In this document: positions 19,919 through 30,754 of the stretch, one piece after another | Numbering within the stretch: the first letter of the stretch is position 1 | Layout: each line of letters begins with the position of its first letter | Source of the DNA: Candidatus Zhuqueibacterota bacterium | GTDB lineage: Bacteria; Zhuqueibacterota; Zhuqueibacteria; Thermofontimicrobiales; Thermofontimicrobiaceae | Direction of reading: 5' to 3' | DNA: 64,000 nucleotides | NCBI GenBank assembly: GCA_049322915.1 | Contig: JBMOPW010000007.1 | Coordinates: 308,246-372,245 of the forward strand | Program-made: the position numbers and the translations under genes | Notes under the pieces: generated by a model | The model's input: only the letters and a program-made list of their open reading frames with translations | Told to the model about the DNA's origin: nothing | The model's database searches: none

Positions 19919-20845
19919 TTATTTGTAACCGAATTGCCGCAGGTCCGAATCGTTGGTGCGCCACTTCTCTTTCACTTTGACGTACAGTTCCAAAAATACC
20001 GGCCGATCGAGCATTTCTTCAATTTCCTTGCGGGCCAACTGCCCCACCTGTTTGAGCGCAGCCCCTTTTTTGCCGATGAGTATTCCCTTCTGGGAGTTCC
20101 GCTCCACGATGATGGTTGCGCTGATGAAATCCTTCCCGGCTTCGCGCTCTTTGAATTCCTCCACCACGACTGTCGTGGAATAGGGTATCTCAGCGCTGAA
20201 TCGCTGGAACACTTTTTCGCGAATGATTTCAGCGACGAAGAATCGCTCCGGATGCTCCGTGACCATATCCATCGGGTAAAAGGGCAGGCCAGGCAACAGA
20301 TTCTGAATGAGCACTTGTTTCAACTCATCCAGCCCGTCCAGTTTGAGCGCAGAAATAGGCACGATGGTTTGCAGTGAAAATCGGGTCGAATATTCCTGCA
20401 TCAGCGGCAGCAACCTGTCTTTCTCGATGGCATCGACCTTGTTGATGACCAAAACCACTGGCTTCCTAGCGGCGATCAGGTCGGTCAGGATCGACGCATT
20501 GGCCGACGAAACCTTCGCTTCCGGTTCGACAAGAAATAGCAGCACATCGGATTCTTCAATGGCTGATTTGGCCGCCTGAACCATGGTTTCCTGCAATTTA
20601 TATTTTGGAATGAGCAGTCCCGGCGTATCGAGGAAAATCATCTGAAAATTCTCCTCGCTCAAAATGCCCAACACCCGATGCCGCGTCGTCTGCGGTTTGG
20701 GCGTGACGATGGATAGCTTTTGCCCCAACAGCGCGTTCATCAGGGTGGACTTGCCCACATTGGGTCTGCCGATGAGCGCAATGTACCCGGATTTGAACGC
20801 GGCCGGATCGATGGCGGCTGATGGTGTCATGTGATCATCATTCAT
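19919..20845 (-). CDS. era: GTPase Era
   Basis: GRPNVGKS, QTTR, DTPG, NKVD and KH-domain ILIGKKG motifs. Confidence 0.97.
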   Translation of the reverse strand: MNDDHMTPSAAIDPAAFKSGYIALIGRPNVGKSTLMNALLGQKLSIVTPKPQTTRHRVLGILSEENFQMIFLDTPGLLIPKYKLQETMVQAAKSAIEESDVLLFLVEPEAKVSSANASILTDLIAARKPVVLVINKVDAIEKDRLLPLMQEYSTRFSLQTIVPISALKLDGLDELKQVLIQNLLPGLPFYPMDMVTEHPERFFVAEIIREKVFQRFSAEIPYSTTVVVEEFKEREAGKDFISATIIVERNSQKGILIGKKGAALKQVGQLARKEIEEMLDRPVFLELYVKVKEKWRTNDSDLRQFGYK

Positions 20846-20902
20846 AGCAATTGAGTCTCTCGAATTTTGTGCGAACCAGGCGCGTGCAGCGCGCCAACGC
20901 CG

Positions 20903-22336
20903 TCAATAGGCTTTGGCGCATATCACCCGCTGTTTTGAGGGCGCGCCACAGATCAGGCATGTGCCATTTTCCCTGTAAGGATTATTGAGCGGAATGCCGC
21001 GAATGGTCGCTTTGGTCTCTTCCTGCATCTGCTCTTCGCAGCGCGTTTCACCGCACCAGTGAACCCAGTAAAAACCGCCGGGCTCCTCAATCTTGGTTTT
21101 GAATTCCGCGTAGTCGTCAATCAGATGCGTGTTCTCGTCGCGGAATTTCAACGCCTTTTTGTACAGGTTGAATTGAATGGCATCCAGGGTCTTTTCGATA
21201 GTCGCTGTCAACTCGCCCACAGGCACGGCGGACTTTTCACCGGTGTCGCGCCGAACCATCGTGACCTGCTTTTTCTCGAAATCTTTGGGGCCGATTTCCA
21301 ACCGAAGCGGCACACCGCGCTGCTCCCATTCATTGAATTTCCAGCCGGGACGATAACCTTCGCGATCGTCAACTCGGAAGGAGAATTTTCCATTCCACGA
21401 GATGGTGATCTGTTCCACAAAAGCCAGAATGTCGTTGCGCTCCTGATCGCCTTTGAAAATGGGCACGACGACGACCTGAATGGGCGCCAGTTTCGGCGGG
21501 AGCACGAGACCGCTGTCATCGCTGTGGGTCATGATAATGCCCCCAATCAGTCGGGTGGACACGCCCCAGCTTGTAGCGTAGACATATTTGAGTTTTTCAT
21601 CTTCATCCTGAAACGTCACATCGAACGCCTTGGCAAAATTCTGTCCCAGGTTGTGGGACGTGCCGGCCTGCAGCGCCTTACCATCCTGCATCATCGCTTC
21701 GATGGAGTAGGTATGGACTGCGCCGGCGAATTTCTCCCGCTCGGTCTTTCGTCCCTGAATCACCGGCATGGCCATAAAATCTTCCGCGAATCGGGTGTAG
21801 ACGTTCAAAATTTTGAGCGTCTCTTCTTCGGCCTGTTCCGCTGTGGCGTGGGCGGTATGGCCCTCCTGCCAGAGGAATTCGGTCGTGCGCAGGAAAAGCC
21901 TTGTTCGCATTTCCCAGCGCACCACATTGGCCCACTGGTTGATCAAAATTGGCAGGTCGCGATACGATTGAATCCACTTTTTGTACATGCTCCAGATGAT
22001 CGTCTCCGAAGTCGGCCGAATCATCAGCGGTTCCTCCAGCTTCTTGCCGCCGCCGTGAGTGACGACAGCGCACTCAGGGGCAAAGCCCTCCACATGCTCG
22101 GCCTCCTTTTTCATGAAGCTTTCCGGAATGAACAGCGGAAAATATGCATTTTCATGGCCGGTGGCTTTGAACATTTTATCCAGTTGCGATTGTATGTTTT
22201 CCCAGAGTGCGTATCCATTGGGACGAATCACCATGCAGCCCTTGACCGGTGAATAATCAGCCAACTGGCCGGCGGCAATCACATCCGTGTACCATCGTGA
22301 ATAATCTTCCTCGCGTGTCGTAAGTCGGTTTGCCAT
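20903..22336 (-). CDS. proS: proline--tRNA ligase (archaeal/eukaryote-like type, no editing domain)
   Basis: [41 protein letters not shown] and C-terminal AKAY. Confidence 0.97.
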   Translation of the reverse strand: MANRLTTREEDYSRWYTDVIAAGQLADYSPVKGCMVIRPNGYALWENIQSQLDKMFKATGHENAYFPLFIPESFMKKEAEHVEGFAPECAVVTHGGGKKLEEPLMIRPTSETIIWSMYKKWIQSYRDLPILINQWANVVRWEMRTRLFLRTTEFLWQEGHTAHATAEQAEEETLKILNVYTRFAEDFMAMPVIQGRKTEREKFAGAVHTYSIEAMMQDGKALQAGTSHNLGQNFAKAFDVTFQDEDEKLKYVYATSWGVSTRLIGGIIMTHSDDSGLVLPPKLAPIQVVVVPIFKGDQERNDILAFVEQITISWNGKFSFRVDDREGYRPGWKFNEWEQRGVPLRLEIGPKDFEKKQVTMVRRDTGEKSAVPVGELTATIEKTLDAIQFNLYKKALKFRDENTHLIDDYAEFKTKIEEPGGFYWVHWCGETRCEEQMQEETKATIRGIPLNNPYRENGTCLICGAPSKQRVICAKAY

Positions 22337-22389
22337 AATACCTTTCTATCCTCCATTTGCTATTTTAATTGGGCCTGATTTCCTGAAAG

Positions 22390-22525
22390 GGTAACGATTC
22401 AGGTGACCTAGCTGAAGCATGGCGCTGGTTTAAAATTGTACTAACACCACGAGTTGTCGGGGTGTTCAAAAATCAACCAGCCAGCTAACCAGCCGCTTCC
22501 GGAATACGTGAACTGAGTCGTTACC
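22390..22525. mobile_element. 136-bp MITE-like element
   Basis: Ends GGTAACGATTCAG and CTGAGTCGTTACC form a 12/13 inverted repeat; TGAAAG is duplicated directly on both flanks (22384-22389, 22526-22531); internal palindrome. Confidence 0.75.
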
Positions 22526-22552
22526 TGAAAGTAATAATTTCTCTGCGACTCT

Positions 22553-23422
22553 TCACTGCGGGCAAAATTGGGTCTCTTCAATTTGAGTTGTCTCTGTCGA
22601 ATAAATGCAATCATTAGGATCGGCGTAGTTTTTCAGGCAGAACAACTGGCGTCGGCGCTCCAACTGTGGCTTTGTCCTGTCGATGACATCCACCAGCATC
22701 CCCTGGTCGCAGTGATAACATTTCTGCGGCTGACGATCGAATGGAATCAGCGTATGCTGAATCACCAGTGCTTCGCTATTGGACCAGGCCGGGCGATTCG
22801 AGCGAAAGGAAAAGTCAATGGAATTCAGCTTTTTGAAAACGAGCCGCCCCTGATCCAGCGTCACTCGGGCGCGGAAATCCAATTCGTCCCCGGCTGCGAA
22901 GTTGAACCGCTGCTGCTGATCCGGGTAGATCACGGCGTAGCAATGATCTTCCCAATGGCTGCGGTCAATGAACGACTCGTTGAAATGCAGGAGATAGCCC
23001 TTCAGTTCCAGCCGCTCGCTGCGGTGCGTGATGATCTTTGTCAGCGCTGGCTTCACCGATGCGATTCTGCCCTGTATATCGATATTCCGATCGTGCAATT
23101 GTTCCAGCCAATCTTCGAACTCTCCCAACTGCTCCAGAAATTTTTCGTACTCCGCTTCGGTGATCAAAAGCACCGGCTGGCTGTGAATTTTAATATCAAA
23201 AAACTCGCGACAGCCGAAGCACTTTCGCCCAACGTGCTTGAACCCGCGGGTACAGCGCTTGCCCTTGTTGAGCAGATGGCAGCGCCACAGGAATTGGATG
23301 CATCCCTGGGGATAGCAATTCTTCTGTCGCAGCACATGAAAAACGGACACCCTGTTCTCGAATTTGGCATGCCCGATGGATTTGCACCTGAATATATTGA
23401 GTCGTTTGTATGGATTCAACAT
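22553..23422 (-). CDS. Cys-rich hypothetical protein with a central OB-fold-like region
   Basis: 13 Cys, including CFGC and CYHC; beta-rich middle (IQGRIASV...AAGDELDFRARV); same strand as its neighbours. Confidence 0.75.
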   Translation of the reverse strand: MLNPYKRLNIFRCKSIGHAKFENRVSVFHVLRQKNCYPQGCIQFLWRCHLLNKGKRCTRGFKHVGRKCFGCREFFDIKIHSQPVLLITEAEYEKFLEQLGEFEDWLEQLHDRNIDIQGRIASVKPALTKIITHRSERLELKGYLLHFNESFIDRSHWEDHCYAVIYPDQQQRFNFAAGDELDFRARVTLDQGRLVFKKLNSIDFSFRSNRPAWSNSEALVIQHTLIPFDRQPQKCYHCDQGMLVDVIDRTKPQLERRRQLFCLKNYADPNDCIYSTETTQIEETQFCPQ

Positions 23423-23537
23423 AGAAGCGATATTCAAAATATTCTTTTGGAAGTTGGCCGAAAAAATACAAAATATTTTTAAATAAATCAATCAAAATAA
23501 TGAACGGATGGGTCTCGCGCTGCCGGGGCGACCCATT

Positions 23538-24689
23538 TCATGGCGTCACAAATCGGCTGCAAATTTCATCGTACAGCACCAGCCCTTCCGGAGTCAGTGA
23601 AAAATGCTGAGGATCGAGCCGAAACAGAGGCGTCGGCGCATCAGCCCGGAGCGTTTCGATTGTTGTTTTGTACGCCGATTCAAATTCAATGCCGAACCGG
23701 CGCTTGAATTCCGGCAGATCGACGCCGTCTGTGGTGCGCAGGGACAGCATGATGCATTCGAATTGCTGCTGCTCCCGGGTCAATATTTCAGCCCCGTCAA
23801 CTGGGCGCACTCCTTGTTCAATCAGCGCGAAGTATTTCGGCACATCCGCGACATTCCACTGGCGCGTTGCCTGCCAGAACGAATGGGCCGAAGGACCCAG
23901 TCCCAGATACGGCGAGCCATCCCAGTATTTTTTATTGTGCCGGCACTCCTGTCCCGGTCGGGCAAAATTGGAAATTTCGTACTGGCGATAGCCCTGGGCA
24001 CTGAGCCGTTCGATACTGGTCAGATACATGGCGCGCTCCATTTCCTCGCTGGCTTTGTGCAGTTTCCCTGAATGAATTCGTCGGTGAAGCGCCGTGCCCG
24101 GTTCAACAGTCAGACAGTAAATCGACAGATGCTCCGGCGAAAATGTCACCGCGCGGTCGAGATTGGCCTGCCAGGAAGAGAGACTTTGCCCGGGAAGGGC
24201 GAAAATTAAATCCAGACTCAGGTTCTCAAAACCCGCCTGTCGCGCCCGGCCAATGGCTTGTTGCGCCCGGTCGCTATCGTGAATTCGTCCCAGCAGTTTC
24301 AACTCAATATCAGAAAAAGATTGCACGCCGATGCTCAACCGGTTCACGCCCATAGAACGGAGCGATTGCAGGTAATTCAAATCCACGGTCTCAGGGTTCA
24401 CTTCGAGCGTGATTTCGCCGGATTGAAGTGTGGGAAAACTCTCGTGAATCCGGGCGAGCATCGCCTCGATGGCGCGCGCCGGCAACACCGACGGAGTTCC
24501 GCCGCCGAAGTAGATCGTGCTCACCGGGGTTGCAGAAAAAACAGGGTGATTCTGATTCAACGCCATCTCCTGCATGACGGCGGCCAGATATATGTCGCTA
24601 TATTCCGGCAGAAATTTCTTCGAGAAAAAATCACAGTAGGCGCACTTTTTCAAACAATAGGGAATATGAATATAGAGCGCAGCTGACAT
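23538..24689 (-). CDS. hemW: radical SAM heme chaperone HemW
   Basis: YIHIPYC..KCAYCDF, YFGGGTPS, YEISNFA and HN.KYW motifs. Confidence 0.92.
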   Translation of the reverse strand: MSAALYIHIPYCLKKCAYCDFFSKKFLPEYSDIYLAAVMQEMALNQNHPVFSATPVSTIYFGGGTPSVLPARAIEAMLARIHESFPTLQSGEITLEVNPETVDLNYLQSLRSMGVNRLSIGVQSFSDIELKLLGRIHDSDRAQQAIGRARQAGFENLSLDLIFALPGQSLSSWQANLDRAVTFSPEHLSIYCLTVEPGTALHRRIHSGKLHKASEEMERAMYLTSIERLSAQGYRQYEISNFARPGQECRHNKKYWDGSPYLGLGPSAHSFWQATRQWNVADVPKYFALIEQGVRPVDGAEILTREQQQFECIMLSLRTTDGVDLPEFKRRFGIEFESAYKTTIETLRADAPTPLFRLDPQHFSLTPEGLVLYDEICSRFVTP

Positions 24690-24694
24690 GGGTC

Positions 24695-24737
24695 AAATAA
24701 AAGCCACGACTTGCCGCACAACCGGGACAAGCGTGGC
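24695..24737 (-). terminator. terminator-like hairpin between lepB and hemW
   Basis: GCCACGCTTG...CAAGTCGTGGC followed by TTTTATTT on the minus strand. Confidence 0.45.
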
Positions 24738-24791
24738 ATCTATCCTCATTCAAAATTCTTGGGTGCAGAAAAGCGACGACAACCAGATCCG

Positions 24792-25526
24792 TCAGCGAAT
24801 GATGTCTCCAATTCTCGTCCAGCGGATTTTTTTGTAGATTTTATAGAGCGGCACATTGCTATTCCACGACCAGTAAATGATCAGCGCCTGTCCCACCAGA
24901 TTTTCCTGCGGGAGAAATCCCCAGACGCGACTGTCGGCGCTGTTATCCCGGTTATCGCCCATGGCGAAAAGATGATCTTTGGGAACGGTGACCGGCCCAT
25001 AATTATCAAAATCCCGATTGAAATCTTCATAGCGGCGAATCACGTAGGATTTGCCGTTGTCCTTCGTGATGCGATAGTGAAGCACGTAATGCCCCTCGGC
25101 AGCATCGTACTCCTTCTTGACGAATTCGGATTTTCCCTCCGGTTTGCCATCGATAAACACCTCGCCACGCCGCACTTCCACAGTCTGGCCTTCCAGCGCC
25201 ATACAGCGTTTGATGTAATCCAGCTTTTCGTCCAATGGGTATTTGAAAACAATGATTTCCCCTTGCTTCGGTTCCTTGAATGACGGCAGTCTGAAATGGG
25301 GGATATTTACATCGATCAACGGAATGCGGTCCGGGGTTCGAACGCCATAAATGAATTTATTCACTAATAGAAAATCTCCGACAAGCAGGGTATCTTTCAT
25401 GGACCCGGTTGGGATGCGAAAGGCCTGGACAACCAGAATTCTCAGAATCATTGCAGCGATCAAAGCCACTAAAATAGCCTCCACGTATTCTCGGACGATG
25501 TTTTTCTGGCGCGGTTTTTTGGTCAT
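24792..25526 (-). CDS. lepB: signal peptidase I
   Basis: IPTGSM, YIKRC and MGDNRDNSADSRVWG motifs. Confidence 0.96.
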   Translation of the reverse strand: MTKKPRQKNIVREYVEAILVALIAAMILRILVVQAFRIPTGSMKDTLLVGDFLLVNKFIYGVRTPDRIPLIDVNIPHFRLPSFKEPKQGEIIVFKYPLDEKLDYIKRCMALEGQTVEVRRGEVFIDGKPEGKSEFVKKEYDAAEGHYVLHYRITKDNGKSYVIRRYEDFNRDFDNYGPVTVPKDHLFAMGDNRDNSADSRVWGFLPQENLVGQALIIYWSWNSNVPLYKIYKKIRWTRIGDIIR

Positions 25527-25601
25527 GTTTTACTCCGTAATAGTTCAATTTCCAAGTCAATCGAAACGATATAATGTCTGTCCGAAAACTGCTACTATTG
25601 A

Positions 25602-25633
25602 CCTCACCCCAACCCTCTCTTAAAAGGAGAGGG
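25602..25633. repeat. REP-like palindromic element
   Basis: CCTCACCCCAACCCTCTCTTAAAAGGAGAGGG matches a widespread CCTCACCCCAACCCTCTCC...GGAGAGGG intergenic hairpin type. Confidence 0.6.
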
Positions 25634-25862
25634 CGGACAGACTCGAAATAAATTCGGTGAAAAGACGAAATTGTGGTCAAAGAATGCTGGCTGAAATTGC
25701 CGAACGATTGTTTGGGAGGCCTGTTCGGAAACATACGTTCCAATCCATTCCCGGCGCTGGATGAATATCCAGCGCAATCGTGTGGCTATATAGTAACAGG
25801 CGATTTATTTCAACTAACAATGATATTTAAACTTTACTTCATGTTTTTTGTTCACGAAAAAA

Positions 25863-27545
25863 TCACAACTCCCACTCCATGTGGCTGAATCGATGCACAG
25901 CCAGCATTGTCATGATGATGGCGATGATAGCGGACGCAATGAGCGCAACTCCAGCGGCCAGCAATTCGAGACTGGCAGTCGCCATCTCCAGGCTTTTGCC
26001 GATGTAAAAAAGCCCGACAGCGAATCCGCCTATGATGCCGATGAGCACCATCGATGAAATGGACATTAAAAAGGAGCCCGATTGTTTGATCATTCGTTTG
26101 GGGTGGTCCCACGAAAAATTGGCGAAGGACACTCCGAAAAATAGGCCATGGGCGGACAGGGCGCCTGAGATCGCCAGCGAGATCACCAGGGCTAACACGG
26201 TGATCCGGAAAGGGTGGTGAAAATAGATGCCGATTGTGATCACGGCGATCCAGGCCAACAGCGTGTTGAACAGAAATGCGACGAGAAGTTTGCCTGAGAG
26301 GAGCCTGAAAGGCGACTGCGGGAGCAACCTGGTAATCCAGAATGAACCGGCTTCGATGGGTATCAGTCGGGAACTGATTTGCGCTGCAATGATGGCGTTG
26401 AACAGGAAAATGAACATGTACGGGAAATACACGCTGAAAGCCGGGTCCATGTTCTCCGGGCGCTGAATGAGCGGGAAAACAATCATCATGGCGGTGAACA
26501 TCAGCAAATTGACCAACTGTCTGCTATCGCGGGTGAACAGCTTTGTGTCGCGAAGCAGCATGGACGCGGCCGGACCGGAGAAGAGAGTCTCCGCGAACGA
26601 ATGCCGGGTCGCGGGTTCCTGTTTCGCACGACTTTTCTTTTTAATAGTGACTGACTGGTTGTTGCTGATGAGGCCGTTTTTGAAGGCGGCCCGACTCAAT
26701 GCAATGCTGGCGTACACCATCAATGCGGTCAATGCCAGCAGCGGCAAAAAATTGTCCCGGATGAGCGCGAAATTCCCATGAGCAAATCCAGCGAGCGACT
26801 TTGCCGCCCAGGTCGAAGGCAGCAAATTGAGCCAGGCAGTGCGAGAGATGTGCTCCAGTCGCTCAATGGATTTGGGATTGAAATCCGAAGACGACCGATC
26901 GAATTGGGAGGCGCGAACGAGTTGCAACGCCAGCCAGATGCCCAGCGACACAGCCCCGAGCAGGATGCTCATAAATTCTTTGGCGCGCGCCGGCGGTATC
27001 AGCCGGATGACGAGGAGCGCGCCCAGGAAAGAGAGCGTAATGGGAGTCGCTAAAAAACAAAACGCGTTGATCAGCATGAGTGGATAATAGAGCCAACCTG
27101 CGTGATTCATCAGCCCGAAGGCGATGAACGTGGGCATGCCCAGGAAGAAGAAAAACGTGGAGTTGGCGAAAATAGCCTCGATCAATTTGAAGCTGAAAAT
27201 TGTCTGGTTGGAAATGGGCATCGTCATCAACAGCGGCAGGTCGCTGGAAATGAACAGGTAGTGGATGGAGATGGTGATACCGCTGGCGAAGAGAAAGATG
27301 AAAAATCCGAAAAAGATGACAGCCAGCGAATTGTTCATCAGCGTCATTCCCAAGCCGGAATCCTCTCCCAGGACGGTGAAGATTTCAAATATCCATTTAT
27401 AGATGAGAAAGAAAATGACGCATCCGCCGATGAGCGCCGCGAATTTCCGGAAGCGTTTCTTTGCCGGACCTCTGCGGAACCCGTTCAGCAGGATCGCGAA
27501 CTTGACGTTCAGGAGAAGGATAAGATGCTTCAGGCCCCGTGTCAT
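25863..27545 (-). CDS. putative ABC exporter permease (multi-TM)
   Basis: SSDLPLLMTMPI, LLRDTKLFTRD and IEAGSFW patterns; ATGA overlap with the ATPase gene. Confidence 0.82.
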   Translation of the reverse strand: MTRGLKHLILLLNVKFAILLNGFRRGPAKKRFRKFAALIGGCVIFFLIYKWIFEIFTVLGEDSGLGMTLMNNSLAVIFFGFFIFLFASGITISIHYLFISSDLPLLMTMPISNQTIFSFKLIEAIFANSTFFFFLGMPTFIAFGLMNHAGWLYYPLMLINAFCFLATPITLSFLGALLVIRLIPPARAKEFMSILLGAVSLGIWLALQLVRASQFDRSSSDFNPKSIERLEHISRTAWLNLLPSTWAAKSLAGFAHGNFALIRDNFLPLLALTALMVYASIALSRAAFKNGLISNNQSVTIKKKSRAKQEPATRHSFAETLFSGPAASMLLRDTKLFTRDSRQLVNLLMFTAMMIVFPLIQRPENMDPAFSVYFPYMFIFLFNAIIAAQISSRLIPIEAGSFWITRLLPQSPFRLLSGKLLVAFLFNTLLAWIAVITIGIYFHHPFRITVLALVISLAISGALSAHGLFFGVSFANFSWDHPKRMIKQSGSFLMSISSMVLIGIIGGFAVGLFYIGKSLEMATASLELLAAGVALIASAIIAIIMTMLAVHRFSHMEWEL

Positions 27546-28300
27546 CGATCCTCCAGATATTTCAGGACTTCGTCGTATTCGCTGCCGCCGGTGATCTCCA
27601 GAAAAATCTCCTCGAGGCTCTTGTCTTTCTGTTTCGAATGGCGACGCATTTCTTCCATGGTGCCGCAGGCGATGATTTTCCCTTTATCGATGATCGCCAC
27701 CCGGTCGCACATGGCTTCAGCAATTTCGAGAATGTGGGTGGACATGAATACGGTGGCGCCTTTGTCCACCAGTCCGCGCAGGATATCTTTCAAATTGCGC
27801 GCACTCTTGGGATCCAGGCCCACAGTGGGTTCATCCAAAAATAGCACGCTGGGATCGTGGATGAGGGCGGCAGCCAGAATGGCCTTTTGTTTCATACCGT
27901 GAGAAAAATTTTGAATCAGATCGTCGAGTCGTTTCTCCAGGTCGAACAGCTCAATGAGATTGGTGAATCGCCGTTTGAATACCGCGCGGTCCACCTCATA
28001 CATATTGGCGATGAACTGGATGAATTCTTTCAGGGTGAGCTTTTCGTAGAGCACAGGCGTGTCCGGGACCAGTCCGAATAATCGTTTCGCTTCAATGGGC
28101 TGTTCGAATACATCATACCCCTGAATGGTCACGCTGCCGGAACTTGGTCTGATCAGGCCGGTCATCATTTTGATCGTGGTCGTCTTGCCGGCGCCATTGG
28201 GCCCGAGAAAGACGAAGAGCTCCTTCGACACAGTGAGATTCAGGTCGTCGACAGCAATGAGATTATCATAGGTTTTTGTGAGATGATCCGCAACGATCAC
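27542..28300 (-). CDS. ABC transporter ATP-binding protein
   Basis: GPNGAGKTT, FSHGMKQK, LFLDEP and STH motifs. Confidence 0.95.
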   Translation of the reverse strand: MIVADHLTKTYDNLIAVDDLNLTVSKELFVFLGPNGAGKTTTIKMMTGLIRPSSGSVTIQGYDVFEQPIEAKRLFGLVPDTPVLYEKLTLKEFIQFIANMYEVDRAVFKRRFTNLIELFDLEKRLDDLIQNFSHGMKQKAILAAALIHDPSVLFLDEPTVGLDPKSARNLKDILRGLVDKGATVFMSTHILEIAEAMCDRVAIIDKGKIIACGTMEEMRRHSKQKDKSLEEIFLEITGGSEYDEVLKYLEDR

Positions 28301-28366
28301 AATCGCGCTCCTTTCGCAACCGGGAAAATCGACAGCAGTGAGTTTAGCTGACAGAATTGCTATATT

Positions 28367-30163
28367 TTAATCAACGCGCAGCACGGCTAAAAACGCTTCC
28401 TGCGGCACCTGAACGTGGCCCAACTGCTTCATGCGTTTCTTGCCTTCTTTCTGTTTCTCCAATAATTTCCGCTTTCGGGTGATATCGCCGCCGTAGCATT
28501 TGGCAGTCACGTTCTTTCTCATGGGCCGAATGGTTTCGCGGGCGATGATTTTGCTGCCGATGGCCGATTGAATCATCACTTCGAACATCTGGCGGGGAAT
28601 GATCTCCTTGAGTTTCTGGCAAATTTTCCGGCCCCAATCATACCCTTTGGAACGATGGACAATGATGGATAACGCATCCACCTGTTCTTTGTTGATGAGT
28701 ATATCCAGTTTGATCATGTCGCCTTTTATATAGTCCATGAATTCATAATCCAGAGACGCATATCCTTTGGAGACCGACTTCAATTTGTCATAGAAATCAT
28801 AAATGATTTCCGCCAGGGGGAATTCATAATGGAGGTCTGCCCGGTTGGGATCAATATAGTCGGTGTTGATGTAAACGCCGCGTTTGTCCTGAGCGATTTT
28901 CATGATATTGCCGATGAATTCGGTCGGCGTGAGGATGCTGGCTCTCACATACGGCTCTTCGATGATGTCAATATTGCCCTGGGGCGGAAGATTGACCGGA
29001 TTGTCCACCATGATCACTTCGCCGCTGGTCTTGGTCACGCGGAATTCCACGCTGGGAAGTGTGGTCACCAGGTTCAAATCGTATTCGCGCTCCAGCCGTT
29101 CCTGTACAATTTCCATGTGCAACAGGCCCAGGAAACCGCAGCGAAAACCGAAGCCCAGTGCGAGCGAATTTTCCGGCTCGTACATGAGCGAAGCGTCGTT
29201 CAGCTTGAGTCGCTCCAGCGCATCGCGCAGATCCTCGTAATCGTCATTGTCCGCCGGGAACAGGCTGCTGAAGACCATGGGTTTCACGTCCCGGTAGCCG
29301 GGCAGCGGTTTGGGCGCCGGATTGGCGACCGAGGTGATGGTATCCCCGACTTTTGTGTCCTTCACCTCTTTGGCGCCGGCGATGACATAGCCGACCTCGC
29401 CTACTGAGAGTTTATCGTGCGGTACATTTTTCAATCGGAGAATGCCCACCTCGGTGACGTCATAGGTTTTATTGTGTGCGAAGAACTTCACCGGCATGCC
29501 GGTTTTTATTTCTCCCTGAAAAATTCGAATATAGGCAACGGCGCCGCGATAGCTGTTGAACATGGAATCAAAAATCAACGCCTGCAGCGGGGCCGAGTTA
29601 TCTCCTTTGGGCGCGGGCACCCGATGGACAACAGCTTCCAGCACATCCTTGATGCCAATCCCGGCGCGGGCGCTGCACAGCACAATTTCATTTTCGTCCA
29701 CCCCCATTATTTCGACAATCTGATGTTTGACCAATTCCACCTGTGCGCTGGGCATATCGATTTTATTGATGACCGGGATAATTTCCAGATTGTTTTCCAG
29801 CGCCAGGTACAGGTTGCTGATGGTCTGAGCCTCAATCCCCTGAGACGCATCCACAACCAGCAGCGCGCCTTCGCACGCGGCCAGGCTTCGCGAAACTTCA
29901 TAGGAAAAATCAACGTGACCCGGCGTGTCGATGAGATTGAGAATATATTGCTTGCCATCCATTGCGCTGTAGTTCATGGTGATCGCGTGCGATTTGATCG
30001 TGATGCCGCGTTCACGTTCCAGATCCATGCTGTCCAAAATTTGATCCACCATCTCTTCTTTTTGAAACGTGCCGGTCACTTCCAGCAGCCGGTCGGCTAG
30101 TGTTGATTTTCCATGATCAATATGGGCGATGATGCAAAAATTTCTGATAAGTTCTGTTTTCAT
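28367..30163 (-). CDS. lepA: translation elongation factor 4
   Basis: [21 protein letters not shown] and [25 protein letters not shown] motifs. Confidence 0.98.
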   Translation of the reverse strand: MKTELIRNFCIIAHIDHGKSTLADRLLEVTGTFQKEEMVDQILDSMDLERERGITIKSHAITMNYSAMDGKQYILNLIDTPGHVDFSYEVSRSLAACEGALLVVDASQGIEAQTISNLYLALENNLEIIPVINKIDMPSAQVELVKHQIVEIMGVDENEIVLCSARAGIGIKDVLEAVVHRVPAPKGDNSAPLQALIFDSMFNSYRGAVAYIRIFQGEIKTGMPVKFFAHNKTYDVTEVGILRLKNVPHDKLSVGEVGYVIAGAKEVKDTKVGDTITSVANPAPKPLPGYRDVKPMVFSSLFPADNDDYEDLRDALERLKLNDASLMYEPENSLALGFGFRCGFLGLLHMEIVQERLEREYDLNLVTTLPSVEFRVTKTSGEVIMVDNPVNLPPQGNIDIIEEPYVRASILTPTEFIGNIMKIAQDKRGVYINTDYIDPNRADLHYEFPLAEIIYDFYDKLKSVSKGYASLDYEFMDYIKGDMIKLDILINKEQVDALSIIVHRSKGYDWGRKICQKLKEIIPRQMFEVMIQSAIGSKIIARETIRPMRKNVTAKCYGGDITRKRKLLEKQKEGKKRMKQLGHVQVPQEAFLAVLRVD

Positions 30164-30654
30164 ATAAAAAAAGCCTCGAATGTTCCGTGTAAAAAATTTA
30201 AAATTTAACGCAATCGGCTCGCTATTGTTTCGGAGGTTGCGCTGCTGAATTCAGCATGCCTCGATCAAAGACCGTAGTCCGTGCCTGGATTCTTTGTCCA
30301 TCAAACGAAAAAACATCAGGCATCCGGCTGGTGAAATTAAAACTGATAATTATATGAAATTTTTTATAATTAATCAACATAAAAATATTCCAAATTCGGC
30401 TGGCGCGGGGCAGGCGTCCGGAGCGGGCGCCGCATGGCAATTGTTCACGAGGGCGAGGGACGTCTGACTGTTGGCGAGGAGGCATCGCTGCCAGTGGTTC
30501 AACCAGATCGCCGGGCGATTTTGGGGCGGGTAGTCGTTCGAGTGCGCCGGTCAACAGTTTCAGGGAGAGAGGCGAGCGATGAAAAATCTGTCTATGAGTC
30601 GCGCCAGGGTGAGATTCAACGGAGCGTTGTCGTTTTGCGGTAGAGCGCCGATGT

Positions 30655-30690
30655 AAAAAGCCATAATGATTGCATCATCACAATGGCTTT
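30655..30690 (-). terminator. terminator after the DedA gene
   Basis: AAAGCCAT...ATGGCTTT stem ending in a T-run on the minus strand. Confidence 0.5.
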
Positions 30691-30754
30691 GAAATACATC
30701 GGCCAAAAGCTCGATGTGAAGAAGATGTATCCGTGTCGGAGGCTGGTCGTCATA

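Noticed and set aside
21059..22252. 397-aa plus-strand ORF
   Set aside because: Antisense shadow of proS with no recognisable motifs
22337..22552. T-box leader upstream of proS
   Set aside because: No T-box consensus or terminator; the region is explained by the MITE
22568..23482. 304-aa plus-strand ORF
   Set aside because: Antisense to the Cys-rich ORF, which matches neighbour orientation and has more protein-like patterning
30164..30754. Long intergenic region as possible tRNA/ncRNA or short ORFs (30222-30554, 30434-30643)
   Set aside because: No cloverleaf or known RNA motif seen, and the ORFs look non-coding; an Rfam scan would settle it
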